Source: Marsupella aquatica (Eukaryota; Plantae; Marchantiophyta). Taken from it: a stretch of DNA of 64,000 nt. This document shows, one piece after another, positions 11,876 to 24,400 of the stretch. The notes beneath the pieces are model-generated. The model had not been told where the DNA came from. It ran no database searches and saw nothing but the letters and a program-made list of their open reading frames with translations. The position numbers and the translations under genes are program-made. The stretch is from the NCBI GenBank assembly GCA_973895155.1, contig OZ316892.1, forward strand, positions 23,475,168-23,539,167. The letters are read 5' to 3'. How positions within the stretch are numbered: position 1 is the stretch's first letter; the number at the start of each line of letters is the position of its first letter.

Positions 11876-12593
11876 ATGCTCGAGCGACGCACTTTTGTAC
11901 CCTACCCGGATCCTCCAGAATGGGGGAATGGAGCCATGCTGGACCAGCTAAGGAGGCTGGATGAGTCACTAATTTTAAAGATATGCAGGCTGGTAGTAAA
12001 ACCATTTTACCATAACGCATTTCACTTCTACGTAGATCAGGTAGGGGGAGAAATTTATATTCGGTGGGATAGATATGTTGGATTTTCTAGAAGAGTTATC
12101 CTACTCTTTCTGAAAACCGGTGCAGTAAGACGTTTTATACTCCACTGCTGTCATGTTGTGAAGGGCAATCCTGCTTATGAGCCAGAATTCTATGCCGACA
12201 ACAGACGTAGAGCATTCGATGAGATTCAGGATGTGATTGACGAGCTAGACAATCCTCTTGCCACCGAGTTTTTTATTGACACTGGTAGGAAACTATATTC
12301 ATACAAGATTCGTCAACTCCCCCCCCAGCCGGTCTGTGCGCTCTTTAACTTGATCTATGTAAGTTGCCTGTGGACGAACGTCCTTGCCAATGGTGAGATC
12401 TGTCCATGCTGCACAAATGCTTGAACATTGTGACATTCCGTCACACCGGTATTCAGTAGCAGTAGTGAATCCTGAGACTAGTGAAGTTGATTTCTATTGG
12501 CTGTGGGCTTATGATCATCGCGTCACTCATATTCCCCAATGGCCCAAGAAGCGGATCGAACGCTTCGCTCTGGCGAGGTTCAACTATGATTAG
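11876..12593 (+). CDS. Transposon cargo ORF(s), unknown function
   Basis: A 182-aa ORF (11876-12424) and an overlapping 69-aa ORF (12384-12593) with globular-looking composition; probably one frameshifted or spliced gene. Confidence 0.4.
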
Positions 12594-12813
12594 GGTTTAG
12601 GCTTAGGGGTTAAGGTTTTGGATTTAGGGTTCCATAGCTGATTCTTTGACCTGTACACTCGGCCGTCAATTTAAAGAAGGCTCACTTTTGCGATAATTTT
12701 ATCAGTCTCTTTGTCCTTGTGTGATGAGATGTCATGTCCACATGTGCTGTGAGATTGGCGGCGATAATTTTATCGCTCTTTGCATTGGAATTTGTTTATT
12801 TGCAGACTTTGCC

Positions 12814-15713
12814 ATGGCTGCTAGTGGAAAGAGTGGATCTACTGAGGCAGAAAGTCTCATGACAAGCCTCACCAATGCAATTTGGACAAGTGAAGACATT
12901 TGTGAAGAGGTCAAGTGTATCAAGAAGTCATGGTACTTTCGTGACGCCAGATTACAGTCCACGGGTTTTGAAGACTGTGCTACCCCAATCCTTTGGGTCC
13001 AGTTGCAAAAATCGGCGAAGGTTAATGTTTCGTATGGCCTTGTCATTGCTGTTGCCGTCGTCGAGTTCATGGTTGGCCACGGGGAGGGAAAAGTGTTGAC
13101 AAAGGGCCTTAGTTTCTTGACAATGTGTGGGCGCAAGGGTTTCACATCTCTCATTGTTACTCTCGATAACTTTGATGAGAAATCGATGGACAGTTATCCA
13201 GAAGATCCCCTTGTTGCCGAAGTTTGGGCAGCAAGAGAGATGAATGTTATGGGTTCGGCTTGGATCGGCCAGTATGTGCAAGATTGTGATGCCATCATGC
13301 TTCCAAGGGTGAACGCAGAGTACAAGAGACTTGTGGGTGAAGAGTTCAAACCTGTTCGCAAAATTGTTTTCAAGAAACCAGGTTCAAGTGGCAGCGGTGG
13401 TTCTAATGCCGATAAAATGTTGGGGCGGAAATAACCATTGCAATCCTCTACACATATTGACGTGGACGAACCTACAACTTCTGGTCGGGTTTTGGGAAGT
13501 GGGAAAGGGAGAGGTAGCGGCAGGGGAGATGCCGCAGGAACCTCTGACGGTGGGAAGAAGAGCCAGGAAATTGGCGGTAGTGGGAGAGGCCGGGGCAACT
13601 GTTGAGGACCATCCGTTAAACCAAGCGAAAGTAAAGGATCCGAGGGATCCGGGCCATCTGGTTCTGGACTTAGCACAAAGAGGAAGAGGACTGACTGGAC
13701 TGAGACGGTGGCTGCAGAAGTAGATAGAGCTCCGTCAATTCCATCAGTTCTAGTCGCGGTTCCTGCGGCGCCATTGGTAAGTACTATGTCATTGTACTAT
13801 TTAACAAATACGAAATCCGATAAAAATCTCGCTGTTTATTTCCTGAATTGCGGATTGTGGAGTTATGTTGAACAAATGCAAACTCCGATAAAAATCTCGC
13901 ATTTTCTTTCCTTAATTGAATTTGCAACGCTTTTGTAGGCTGATCAGGAGGAGGAGACGGCTCTTTTGATGTATGAGACGGACGCGATCAAGGCAGAGCT
14001 CAGTCTTCTGATGCAACGAAGGGTGCAAAGGACAACTGTGCTTCTGCATGTCGACAATCTCATATTTGATGAGGAGGGGGATTTGTCAACTTTGATTAGA
14101 CCAGTGGATAGGTTGCATGTGGAAAATATCAAGATACTTCTCATGAAAAACCCCACCAACTTCAGTGCCCCGTTCATGCTGTGTGTGGATCCGAAGGATT
14201 GTCCCACAACCACAAATTGGGACATCCTAAAGTCAAGGGTATGGAAGTATAGAATTATTGGAGGGAATCATGGTGCTCGGGCAAAGTCCGAGTTGTTTAA
14301 AATGTACGGGAAGCAAATATATGGTGAGCTGGAAGCTTGGGTTTACGCTGGGCTTACGAGATCCGAGGTCCGAAAGTTAGGCTTCCAGCATAACTATGAC
14401 CAGGAGTATCGGAAGAACATGACTAAAATTGACCAAGTTTGCGCTTGTCACAATATTTTCCTTGAAATGGGTGTGGGCTCGACTAAAGATGTCCGCGAAG
14501 CATGTTGTCAAGAATGCATGATGGAGTACACGCCAGGAGTTCGTGACTCCATGGCCAAACATGATCCGGCTTTCCAAATTGCTTTCCGAACAGGTGAAAT
14601 TTGGGATCTTCAGGAGCAGATTTTCCAGATGTGGGAGAAAGGTATTGTCTAAGTAGGACAACCCAAAAAAATTGTGGCAACGACGAACGCAAAGGGAAAG
14701 GTAAAACCTTTGACGGTAAGGGAGATTAAAATGAATAAACTTGCTGGTGACCTCAACTTAAATTCATTTCGAGGTCTCCAAGGACTGTCAAATAAGGAGC
14801 ATGTCAAGCGTCTCTTGAACAGGGTTATCGGGAAGGTGATCACTTTGGATCAAATGCACAAGGAAGGTGAGAAGTTGAAAAAGCTTGCCAAGGTGAAGAA
14901 ACTATTTTTGCAGATATCTGGTCAGCCAGATTGGGCAACATGCAGAGAAATGTTTCCCAACAAAATAGATGTCTCGGTCCTTGGCATATGGGCGGAGAAA
15001 TTGAGTGACGCGGTAAGCATTCCTCTCACAGCATGCTCTATTGCGATATTTTTATCGGCTTTAGCATTCCTTTGTTGGTTTCTAAGCGATTCCATCTATT
15101 GGCTAGCGTGCTCCATCACGAGATTTTTATCGGCTTTAGCATTCATCTCACGCTATTCTAACTGTAGATGTGTCTGACATTTTTACAGCTACAGATTAAT
15201 TCAAAAAGGAAAAGCAAAGTGGTTTCGGTTGTCACTTATAATTCTGCAGGGGAGGTTATTGTTCCCTCAGCTGAAATCCCTTATGTGTTTAAGAATTTTG
15301 TGCTTGCTGCAATCGATAAGTACAATCAGTTGAGGTCCTTAGGCGAGGGCACAGCAGAAGCATTTGAACAAACATGGAAAAATGCAGACATGGATTCTTT
15401 TCCCTACTATCTCCATGTTGGTGATGTTCGAATTTTGGATTCTTTTGTTTAGCCAAGGGCTTACACCCTTGCGGTTGCGGATATTCCGTATGGTTTTAAT
15501 GCTCTTGGTTCGGAGTTTGATGAAGTGGCATTCACAGAAAAGGACATTTTAGACATGTTGACAAGTTTCTCAAAGATGACGACCACTAAGCAGTGGAGGT
15601 TTGTTGTGATCCATTCACTACAACAAACGCATATGGTGATGTCTGCACTGGAGAGTGTATGCAACTGTGGGGTCGAGGCTGGAATCTGGGAGAAGACTAA
15701 CATTCATGAGCGT
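12814..15713 (+). pseudogene. Spliced ParB/Srx-like + N4C/N6A DNA methyltransferase-like fusion gene (at least 854 codons), 3' end cut off by the gypsy insertion/deletion
   Basis: Exons 12814-13776, 13939-15012 and 15189-15713 join in frame through phase-0 GT..AG introns. ParB-like region IRPVDRLHVENIK...APFMLCV...YRIIGGNHGARA (14254-14283). MTase region LHVGDVRIL...YTLAVADIPYG (DIPY at 15480-15491)...IWEKTN. Four stops (TAA, TGA, TAA, TAG), each explainable by one C>T change. Confidence 0.75.
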
Positions 15714-16072
15714 TGTGACGCTGCCGGTACGGCGGTTAATGAGTGATTCGGTCTAACTACGCTCGGCACGCGCGTTAGGAGTGTCTTAGGCCGCTATTAT
15801 TAGCATAACGATAGTATTTAGGTAATCATTATGGGTAGGATATCATTAGGCAATAAGGGGGAATTCAGGTTCGGACTGGCGGCTGGTCGCTATTCGCACA
15901 CCCGGGTTACGAGCGTGGAGGGACCCCTCCCTCGGGTCCGTATAACGAACTTAAGGAAGCGGCCACTGACACGCGCTGACTCAGACCGGCGGAGTGGCCG
16001 GCACACCACAAGCGTGAGCGGTTCAGCCTATGGGCGTCGAGGAGACGTCAGGGGATCGACAAGCCCTCAAGG

Positions 16073-16079
16073 TATAAAA
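16073..16079 (+). promoter_or_regulatory. LTR TATA box
   Basis: TATAAAA is conserved in all three LTR copies (also about 26134 and 62310), roughly 100 bp upstream of the LTR-ORF ATG. Confidence 0.6.
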
Positions 16080-16180
16080 GGGGAGCCAACCCTATGTAGT
16101 GCACCAGTCCATCAGTCCACGCGCCAGCTTCGACCCCAGCTCTCTCGTTCGCTCTAAGTCGCCACTACTATCTCCTCTGA

Positions 16181-18821
16181 ATGTCGCACACGATCCTCTC
16201 CAGCTCGGCCATTCGATTCTGGACGCAGTTCCTATCTATCGGAAGGCACTTGGCCGACTCATTGAAACACGCCAACCCGCGCCGATACAAAATCGAACGC
16301 GAGTACGAGAGAGCCATCCGCCTAGCAGGACGACACCACTACATCCTTAACTTTGACTACCCGTCTCAGAGCGAGCTTTACCGACTAGCAGAGGTATCCG
16401 GGTACTTCTTCAACAGAGACAAATATATCGGGTTATGGGAAGCATTGCTTTGGCTTCCGAACGAGGTCTTCAATATCCCGGGTACGATCGACTTGCAACG
16501 ACATCACTTTGACCACATCCTGCTCAGGTTCGGGCTATCATCAACAGCGAGTCCAGCACTACCCGTTCGACAAGGTCGTCTGCACTCGCTTTGGAGAACT
16601 TCTACTAGCACCTACAGAGGTTCATAGGAACTCGGCCAGCAACCAACATGACCAACTCAGTCATACCCGTACCCGTACCCGTACCCATACAACCTCAGGC
16701 TCAGCTTCAGCTTCAGCCTCAGCCGCAGCCTAGCCAAACCCCACCACCGATCGCCCAGCCAGCACAAGTACGCTCCGTCATCAATGCTGTGGATCTTAGC
16801 GATGACGACGAGGCTACCCTACCCTTGACCAGGCGGCCCAGAGGAACAAGCACTCAGGGGGCCGACACTATATCGTCCCCACCTCCTGCTCTGATCCCAG
16901 GAGCGGCCGCGACAGACAACATGGTAACCGTGGCCGACCCGGGCCCGTTACTAACGGCAGTGGCACTACCCAGGCCCGATCGGGAGGATGGGGAGGTGTC
17001 ACCTTCCCCGAGCCAATCACGGGGGAAGAAGAGGAAGGAATCCGCCACTGCATCCAAGTTACCGTTGGCCACGGTAGCCGTGGCCAAGGTGATGATGCAC
17101 CGCATGGGGGAAAACATTCACAAAAACATCCTCCATCCCAAGCATGCGGTGTACCTGAAGACTCAGGGATTCGAGCACCTCGCCTCCCTCCCCTGGAACA
17201 CTTGCAGGTACTACGGGGAGGACATGACGGAGTTCGTCAGGAATTATGACGACGCGCGTCAACATACTCGGCTACGGGGAAGGAGTATGTCCCTCACAGA
17301 AGAACGGCTCAGGATGATCTTCGGGTTACCCGAAGGTGACCATCGAGTCAAATCACGGGCTCCCGGGGGCAAGGGAGCCAAGTACCAATCTTCAAGTTTT
17401 CCCTCAGAGGAAGCAGTGGACAACGGGTTTGTGATGAAGACCTGCCTCATCCCCGATATAGCTGAGCGACTGGAGTTCCAGAGGTACGCCCTCCACATGA
17501 TGGAACCCCGGGGGGAGATCTTCGCCGCCCAGGTTATCCAGGTCGAGAACTATCGACCTAGGAGGTGGGCATCATACTTCGCTAAGAAATTCCATGAAGA
17601 GATGGAGCGGCGAAGGAAGACGCTATACATTGGCGGGAAGGCGTACTTCGCTAGCCACATCGAGATCATTCTTGAGTGGTACGCCCGGTTTGATCGACGA
17701 ACCCTTCCCCGTGTCAACGTTACAAAGCTGGGCCCAACTAGGTGGGTTTTCTCGGCCTTGGAGAGACGGCCCCAACCCGAGGCCCGAAGTCCAGCGGACA
17801 TGCCAGCTTCACCCACCCCACTCCACAAGTAGCTGTAGTCGTAACCGAAGAGGTACCGGATGGGTCGGTTGTCGCAACCGTTGATGCGACCCAACAAGCC
17901 AGGCTAAGTACAGAAGTCGGTATGGCGGAGGTCTTACCCGAGCCCGGGTCTCCCAAAGACCCACCGGTGGCTATTCTGGAGAACCGGACATTGCTGTAGG
18001 AGGACACTCCAGCCCCTTCCAACATTACGTCCCCAGGGCTGGACGTCACTGCCCCGGCCCCCGTGCGTGTTGACGTCTGCCCGTGCCCAACTCCGGACAG
18101 GCACAACCTGGACCACCCGGAACTCTTCGTACCGGGTACATTTCTGAACGGGCTTCTGGGAGATTTCTCTCATCAAATTGCCCGGGATACCGGGGAGTTC
18201 ATGGCCCGGAAGGTAGCCTATTTCTTCAATCAGGAGTTGGTTGCCGCAGTAAAGGCAGGTCGGGCCCAGTCAGAGGCCCTTCAAAGGATAGAGCGGTACC
18301 GGGTGGAGTCCGTGTACCTAAAGAACGAAGTTGCGGCTCAAGAGGCTGAGCTTCTGCAACTACGACCCAAGGTGGCAGCCACCGATGAGTTGTTAGCAAA
18401 GGCGCACGCTCTTACCGCCCTAGCCGAACAGGCCAAAGCTGGGAACGAGGCCGAGATTACACGACTCCGGAACCAGATTGACAGTTTGAAGAATCAAACT
18501 GTCATCCGGCAGAAAGACTTGGAGGAGGCCGAGGAACGGGCCCAATGGGACACGGCGGAGATAGCCACGCTGCAGGCCGAGGTGGCGCAGCTCCAAATTG
18601 AGGCCGAGAAGCAGGACCAGCTGGTGGGTAAACTGACAAGTGACGCCCAGCAGCTGGAGGAGGCTTGTCAGGAGGCAGCAGAGGAGATGGACGCGGCGAG
18701 GCGAGAGAACGAATCTCTGCTGGACCAGGTCCAGCTCCTCAAGGCGGACAATGACAGGCTTCGAAGGCAGCGGGATGGCCGCTCCCATTCGGGCGGCTCT
18801 AGCAAGCGTGCCAGGCATTAG
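16181..18821 (+). pseudogene. LTR-encoded ORF (~880 codons), 5' LTR copy, frameshifted
   Basis: Pieces 16181-16627, 16648-17832 and 17742/18063-18821 join into one frame when compared with the other copies. Contains a Pro/Gln-rich region, KKRK NLS-like motif, a region resembling retrotransposon accessory ORFs (EFVRNYD...LRGRSMSLTEERLRMIFGLPEG) and a C-terminal coiled coil. Confidence 0.8.
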
Positions 18822-19698
18822 CAGCGGAGTAGGAATAGATTAGGATTAGGACTGGCTTAGTCAGGCTCTTGGGACAGGCACCTGCCTTAGGTACAATAGT
18901 GCTGCCATGCTGTCCAGTTTGCATAGATTAGGATCTTCTAATAAGACAGCCGTTTTCCGGCCTGACTGTCAGCTTAGTTAGGAGCTTAGTCCCTCGCCCC
19001 TTAGTATTTAGTGCACCCCTCGGTAGAGGCAGGGGGGGTTTTTTGTTGCAGAGTGGGGCGTCCACGGGATGTGCGGGGAGTCCCGACCTCTGGGAATGAA
19101 AGAGTACCAAGGGGAGGGGGTAGGACTAAGCTCGTCGGGCGAGTGCGGAGCCGGGCTCCGTTGTAGTGTGCACCCTTGGCCTTGAACCTGTTCATTCTGG
19201 GGCTGTCGGGTCAACTAAGTGTACACATATGTTCCCTTTGTAGTAAAATCCTTTCCCATCATTTTCCTTCGTGTAAATCGAGATTGTATGCATGTGCGCG
19301 TGTATGTGTGTAGGTTTCTCGTATATGGGTGGCAGCGCCAGGCCAAACGCACTACCCGAGACGTGCACAAGGTGCAGCCTGCGGGTAAGTGGTTGCGAGC
19401 ACGGGTTGAGGACCTGTATCATCGAATCCGGATCAAAGGCGGACAGCACGAAGGCTTAGAAGCCCTTAAGCCAGGGTCGATCCTGCTATCGACTAAGGTA
19501 CGTTCCGGCGGCGGAACACAAACCATACCTAGGAGGTGTCCGTATTTAGCAGTATGCGCACTTAGTGCTAGTTTACGAGAATAAGGTGCATTACGTGCTT
19601 CCCTTCCTGCCCGAACCCTCAGATTTACGAGGGATGTGCCCGTCTAAGCTGAAGTCTGAGTTAAGGCCGCAGCCGATGATGTGACATAGCCTTTGTTT

Positions 19699-19716
19699 TG
19701 GCGCTAGATGGAGGGG
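19699..19716 (+). promoter_or_regulatory. Primer-binding site, probably tRNA-Asn
   Basis: TGGCGCTAGATGGAGGGG differs by one base from TGGCGCTAGAAGGAGGGG, the complement of the plant tRNA-Asn 3' end and a PBS type known in Tat-group elements. The tRNA identity is from recall. Confidence 0.75.
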
Positions 19717-19809
19717 GCACTCTACATATCATAGAGGGGAGACAAGTGCGTATTCACCTAGGCAGGATACATCAGGACGTAGTACTAACCATCGCATTTA
19801 TATGAGTAA

Positions 19810-21495
19810 ATGCCCGTCACTCGTTCTCAAGCAGCTTACTTGAGGAGATTGACCAGCGAACGAGAAAGTGCAACCATGACAAGTTCCGATTCTTCGGACT
19901 CGGAAGACTCGCACTCGCCCCGACGTTTGAACATACCCCCGGGACCTTCGGGGTCCGGTTCGACCGGTCCTCCTGCGGTTCCACCGCCACCACCACCACC
20001 ACCACCACCTATGGCAGCCGCTCCACCGATGGCTTGCGCTGCTCAAGCTCCTCCACAAATATCACAACGATCGCGATTTCATTATCGACCTTTCAAGGGG
20101 TGTCATGGGGATGATCCGGATGAATGGTTGGATGAGTTTGAAGCCACTGCTAAAGCTAATGGGGAAGACGCCATTAAGCTAAACGTCCTCCCGGGAGTGA
20201 TGCGGGGAGAAGCTCGTCCATGGTACAACTCGTTGCCACCCGGGACTACATGGGCACAATTCCAAGCTGCATTGCTGCAGGAGTTTCGTGCCATTGGATC
20301 GGAATAGCGTTCTCTATTAAAGATTGGCCAACTTCGCATGGGAAAGAAGGAGTCCCTGCGGAAGTTTATTAAGAAGTTTCAGAAACTTGCGGCCAAGATC
20401 CGGCCCAGACCGGGAGACGCGCTCCAGCTTACATGGTTCCTTCATGGTTTGCCCACGAATATGCAATTCTAGGTACGCCAGAATAATCCGATTTCAATGC
20501 AGGCGGCCATAGCGTGCGGCGAAACTTACCAGGAGTCCACCTATAACTCCCGGCGGAGCCAGCGAGCACGCCGCAAGAAGGGTAAGTACGAGACCTTCAG
20601 TGACAGTGACTCCGAATCGGACGACGAGAGGAAGAAGAAATGCAAGAAGAAAAAGAAACATCATTTGACCTCGTCTAGCTCGGAGACGGAATCCAGTTTG
20701 GATTCAGCTTCAAGCACTGGAACCTCTACCTCCAGTTCATCAGGAAGTGACTCGGAGAGCGAAAGCCAGAGCAAAAAGAAGAAGAGACAAGTGAAGAAGG
20801 AGGGGAAGATCAAACCCCGAGCGCGAAGAACGATACCAGATCCAAAGGCTGCCGAAGCAGACAAGCTGAACGAAATCACAGATCGACTCAAAGCACTGTC
20901 AGTACATCTTGCGGAAAAGCCGGTGGAGAAGAAGAAGCCATCTGAGATTCGAGCCCATGCGGGGTGTTCAAAGTGCTTCCAATCCGGCCATGTGGTGCAG
21001 GAATGCCCAAGGTGGAAGAATTGAGTCCACCAAGTAGAGCTGGATGATGTTGACAACCCGGGTCCCGAGTCGGAGTCCACGGAGTATTTCTTTGAGGACC
21101 CTCCTGATTCCGTGTACCAGATTTCAACGGTAGGTCCGCGTAATTTAGCGGGTAGAACTGCGTACCCCTACCCAAACAATGGCCGGAGTTTCCAGGTTAT
21201 CAGTAACCCGAGCATCCCTCCTAAGCCAGGGATTTGGCGATCCCCGGTGTGTTATAACTGTGAAAAGCCAGGACACTTTGCAAGGGAATGCACCGAACCA
21301 AGACGTCAGGGAGATGGCCGAGGCACCCCTCTATGTCAAGTCTGTAAAACGGAGGCTCATTCCACGGCCAACTGTCCGTTGGTAATCGCTGCTCGAACGA
21401 GCGCAGCTAGACCGACCCAGGCTGGACCGGCCACGAGCGATGCAGTTGTCCAAATGATTGCTGTAGATGGCAAGATGACAACACCGAGTGGGTGA
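19810..21495 (+). pseudogene. Gypsy gag with in-frame stops
   Basis: MPVTRSQ start, FKG...DPDEWL..FE...ARPWYNSL...TWAQFQAALLQEF (retrotransposon gag), three CCHC knuckles (CSKCFQSGHVVQEC, CYNCEKPGHFAREC, CQVCKTEAHSTANC). Confidence 0.9.
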
Positions 21496-24400
21496 ATTTG
21501 GTGGACGTAGCAGAGCACCCTGATCCATTGGATGAGGCCGAGTGCTACCGAGTGTCGACAAGGGCCGAACGGAAGGAAGAGAAGACGGAGGAGAAACGAA
21601 GGAAAAAGCAAGATACTACTCCGGTGCAGCCAACGATAGATATACCCCTGGAGAAGGACCATGACTACCGACGGGACGACCCGAAGCTATTTTTCCCCCG
21701 CATCGAAGAATTGGTAAAGAAACAGCTGGAGGCCTACGAAGCTTGGGAATACCAGAAGGCAATCGATAAGGACATCAAAGCAGCCGAGACCGCCCGGCGC
21801 CAAGAGCAAGAGGAGCAAGAAAAGCAAGAGGAAGCCAAGCTGCAGCCGAAAGAGGATAAAAAGGAGAACTACGATATTAAGGAAGACGTGAAGAGTTGCC
21901 CGGTTACAGCGACGGTGGGGCAACTGCTGCAGAACAACCCAAAGTACGGACGGCAACTAAGGGAGTTGCTCATGGGTCGCCGAAGGAGGAGACTACCCCG
22001 AGTTGGGATCGCGGACTGCAACATGATATGCGAGGACCTTGGAGCGCCGGACATCTCGATCGAAATTAATAATTGTACCATCAAGATGGTTCTTGTAGAC
22101 GGAGGAGCGGGAGTCAACATCATGACTGAAGAAACATCGGTCAAGTTAGGATACCTCACGTATCAACCCACAGCCCGAGCTATCAGATTAGCAAACGGGG
22201 CAAGGGTCCTCCCATTAGGCACGCTCACACGAGTGCTCACTCTGGTGGGAGGGGTGGAGTTCTATCTCAACTTCCTAGTTATGAGGCCGGTTCGTCCCTC
22301 CTCTTACCTGGTTCTTCTGGGCAGGCCATGGCTGTACGGTGGCCGCGTAGTCACGGATTGGGGAAAGAAGGAGCTACGGTTTGGGAAACCCACCGTACGG
22401 GTATCATGGGCAAGGGACGATTATCAAGGAGAAACCCCACAAGGACCCGAGGAATATGATTTGGAGACCTCGGAGGAAGAGGAACTCAATATGATTGAAC
22501 TCATCTCGTCCCTGTCCGAGGAAGATGTCTTCGGAGTTGAAGCAACCCACGAAACACATCTCCTAAATTACCCGAGGGCTACCATTGATTCCACCCCAAG
22601 CACATCTACTGCCGGGGATGAGGAAACGCACGAACAACTCGTCGAGACGGAGGACACGGCTCCAGCTAAGCAGGGAGCCGAGGCTGCTTCTACCGTTGCA
22701 GAGCCTCGTGACCACGAACCAGCCCAACAACCGCCCGAGGCCGAAAACTCGAGACCGAGACATAGGAAACGAGTCTCATGGGATCCGTCCATTCCGCAAT
22801 TGGAGGAAGTAACTCCAATCCCGAGACCAATCCCGGTTCCACCCATGTACGGAGGAGTTCGGCTAGCTGAGCTTGATGCGAGCCTGGACCCAAGCCTGCG
22901 AAACCAGGTTGAAGTCATCAGGAAGGAGCACTACCGGAAGTACACCATTGGGATGGACAAATCTTTTAACATGGGCCACGCTCTGACAGGGGAGGCTGAA
23001 AAATCCATCCAAGCTTTGCTCAAGGAATATGAAGATGTGTTTGCATGGAGTCATCATGATTTAACAGGCGTCTCCCCCGAGTTGGGAGAACACACGATCG
23101 ATCTGAACCTAGGAGCCCATGCGGTACGGCAGCGATAACGTCGCATGAACCCGAGGTACTCCATCTTAGTGAAGGAGGAAATTGATCGTCTCCTCGCTGC
23201 CGATATCATCTACCCGGTAATGGCCAGCGACTGGGTCTCTCCCATTGTCATTGTACCAAAGAAGGGAGGTACGGATGGGAAACCTAAGATTCGTATTTGT
23301 CAGGACTACCGTAAGCTGAACGATGCAACCCGAAAAGACCATTACCCATTACCATTCACGGATATGGTTCTAGATATGGTAGCCCGAAATGAAATCTATA
23401 CATTTCTTGACGGGTATTCAGGTTATAACCAAATCTGGATTTGCCTCGCGGATCAGCTCAAAACAACTTTCACTACGGAGTGGGGGACTTTCGCATTTCG
23501 GAGGATGCCTTTCGGTCTGTGTAACGCCCCGGCCATGTTTCAGCGCCTGATGATGAATATCTTCCACGATTTCCTACGGGAATTTCTGGAGATATTTATC
23601 GATGACTTTGCCATCTTCGGAACCGTTGCCATGCACCCCGAACACCTAAGACGAACGTTGCAATGATGCCGAGATGTTAACCTCAAACTACATCCCGCCA
23701 AATGCTTCTTCGGGGTAGAGGAGGGGGTGTTACTCGGGCATCGTGTGTCCAAACGGGGCATTGAGGTGGACCAAGAGAAAGTTGCAGCCTGGATGGCAGT
23801 GGTGTTCCCCGTGGATCAAAAAGCAATACGATCCTTCTTGGGCTGCGTAGGGTATTACCTTCGGTTCATTAAAGATTTTGCTAAAATAGCTTTGCCCCTA
23901 ACAGAGATGATGAAAAAGGATGCGGTGATCAAGGAGACCCCAAGGAGACGGGTTGCTTTCGAAGAACTCCGTAAAAGACTCACCACTGCACCTATCATGG
24001 TCACTCCAGACTGGAACAAGGAGTTCCACGTGTATGTCGACGTGTCAGGGTTCTATATCGGGTCTGTGCTTAGTCAGCTTGATACAGACGGACGCGATCA
24101 CCCCATCTACTTCGCTAGCCGTCAATTATTCACAGCCGAAAAAATTTATTCCCCCACGGATCGAGAGGCACTGGGCATAATCTACTCATGTAAGAAGTTC
24201 CGGCACTATCTGCTCGGCTACAAGGTCATCTTCCACACGGATCACGACAGCCTGAAGTACATGGTCAACAAAGCAGACGTAACGGGACGGATAGCCCGTT
24301 GGGTGCTACTTCTCCAGGAATTTAACTACGAAGTTTGGGTTCGGCCAGGAAAGGCACACCTCAATGCCGACTTCTTTTCACGGCTGGACGGCGTACCAGT

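Larger units (their letters stand above)
15714..19686 (+). repeat. Gypsy 5' LTR (~3.97 kb)
   Basis: Starts TGTGAC. Likely ends at GTGACA (19686), 12 nt before the PBS. The exact 3' end is uncertain because the 3' LTR is truncated. Confidence 0.75.

Noticed and set aside
16181-18821. env gene
   Set aside because: No signal peptide or transmembrane helix is evident; the protein has an NLS-like motif and a coiled coil, and lies inside the LTR.
21470-21495. Programmed -1 frameshift between gypsy gag and pol
   Set aside because: No slippery heptamer is visible; a 1-nt deletion in a decayed copy is the simpler explanation.
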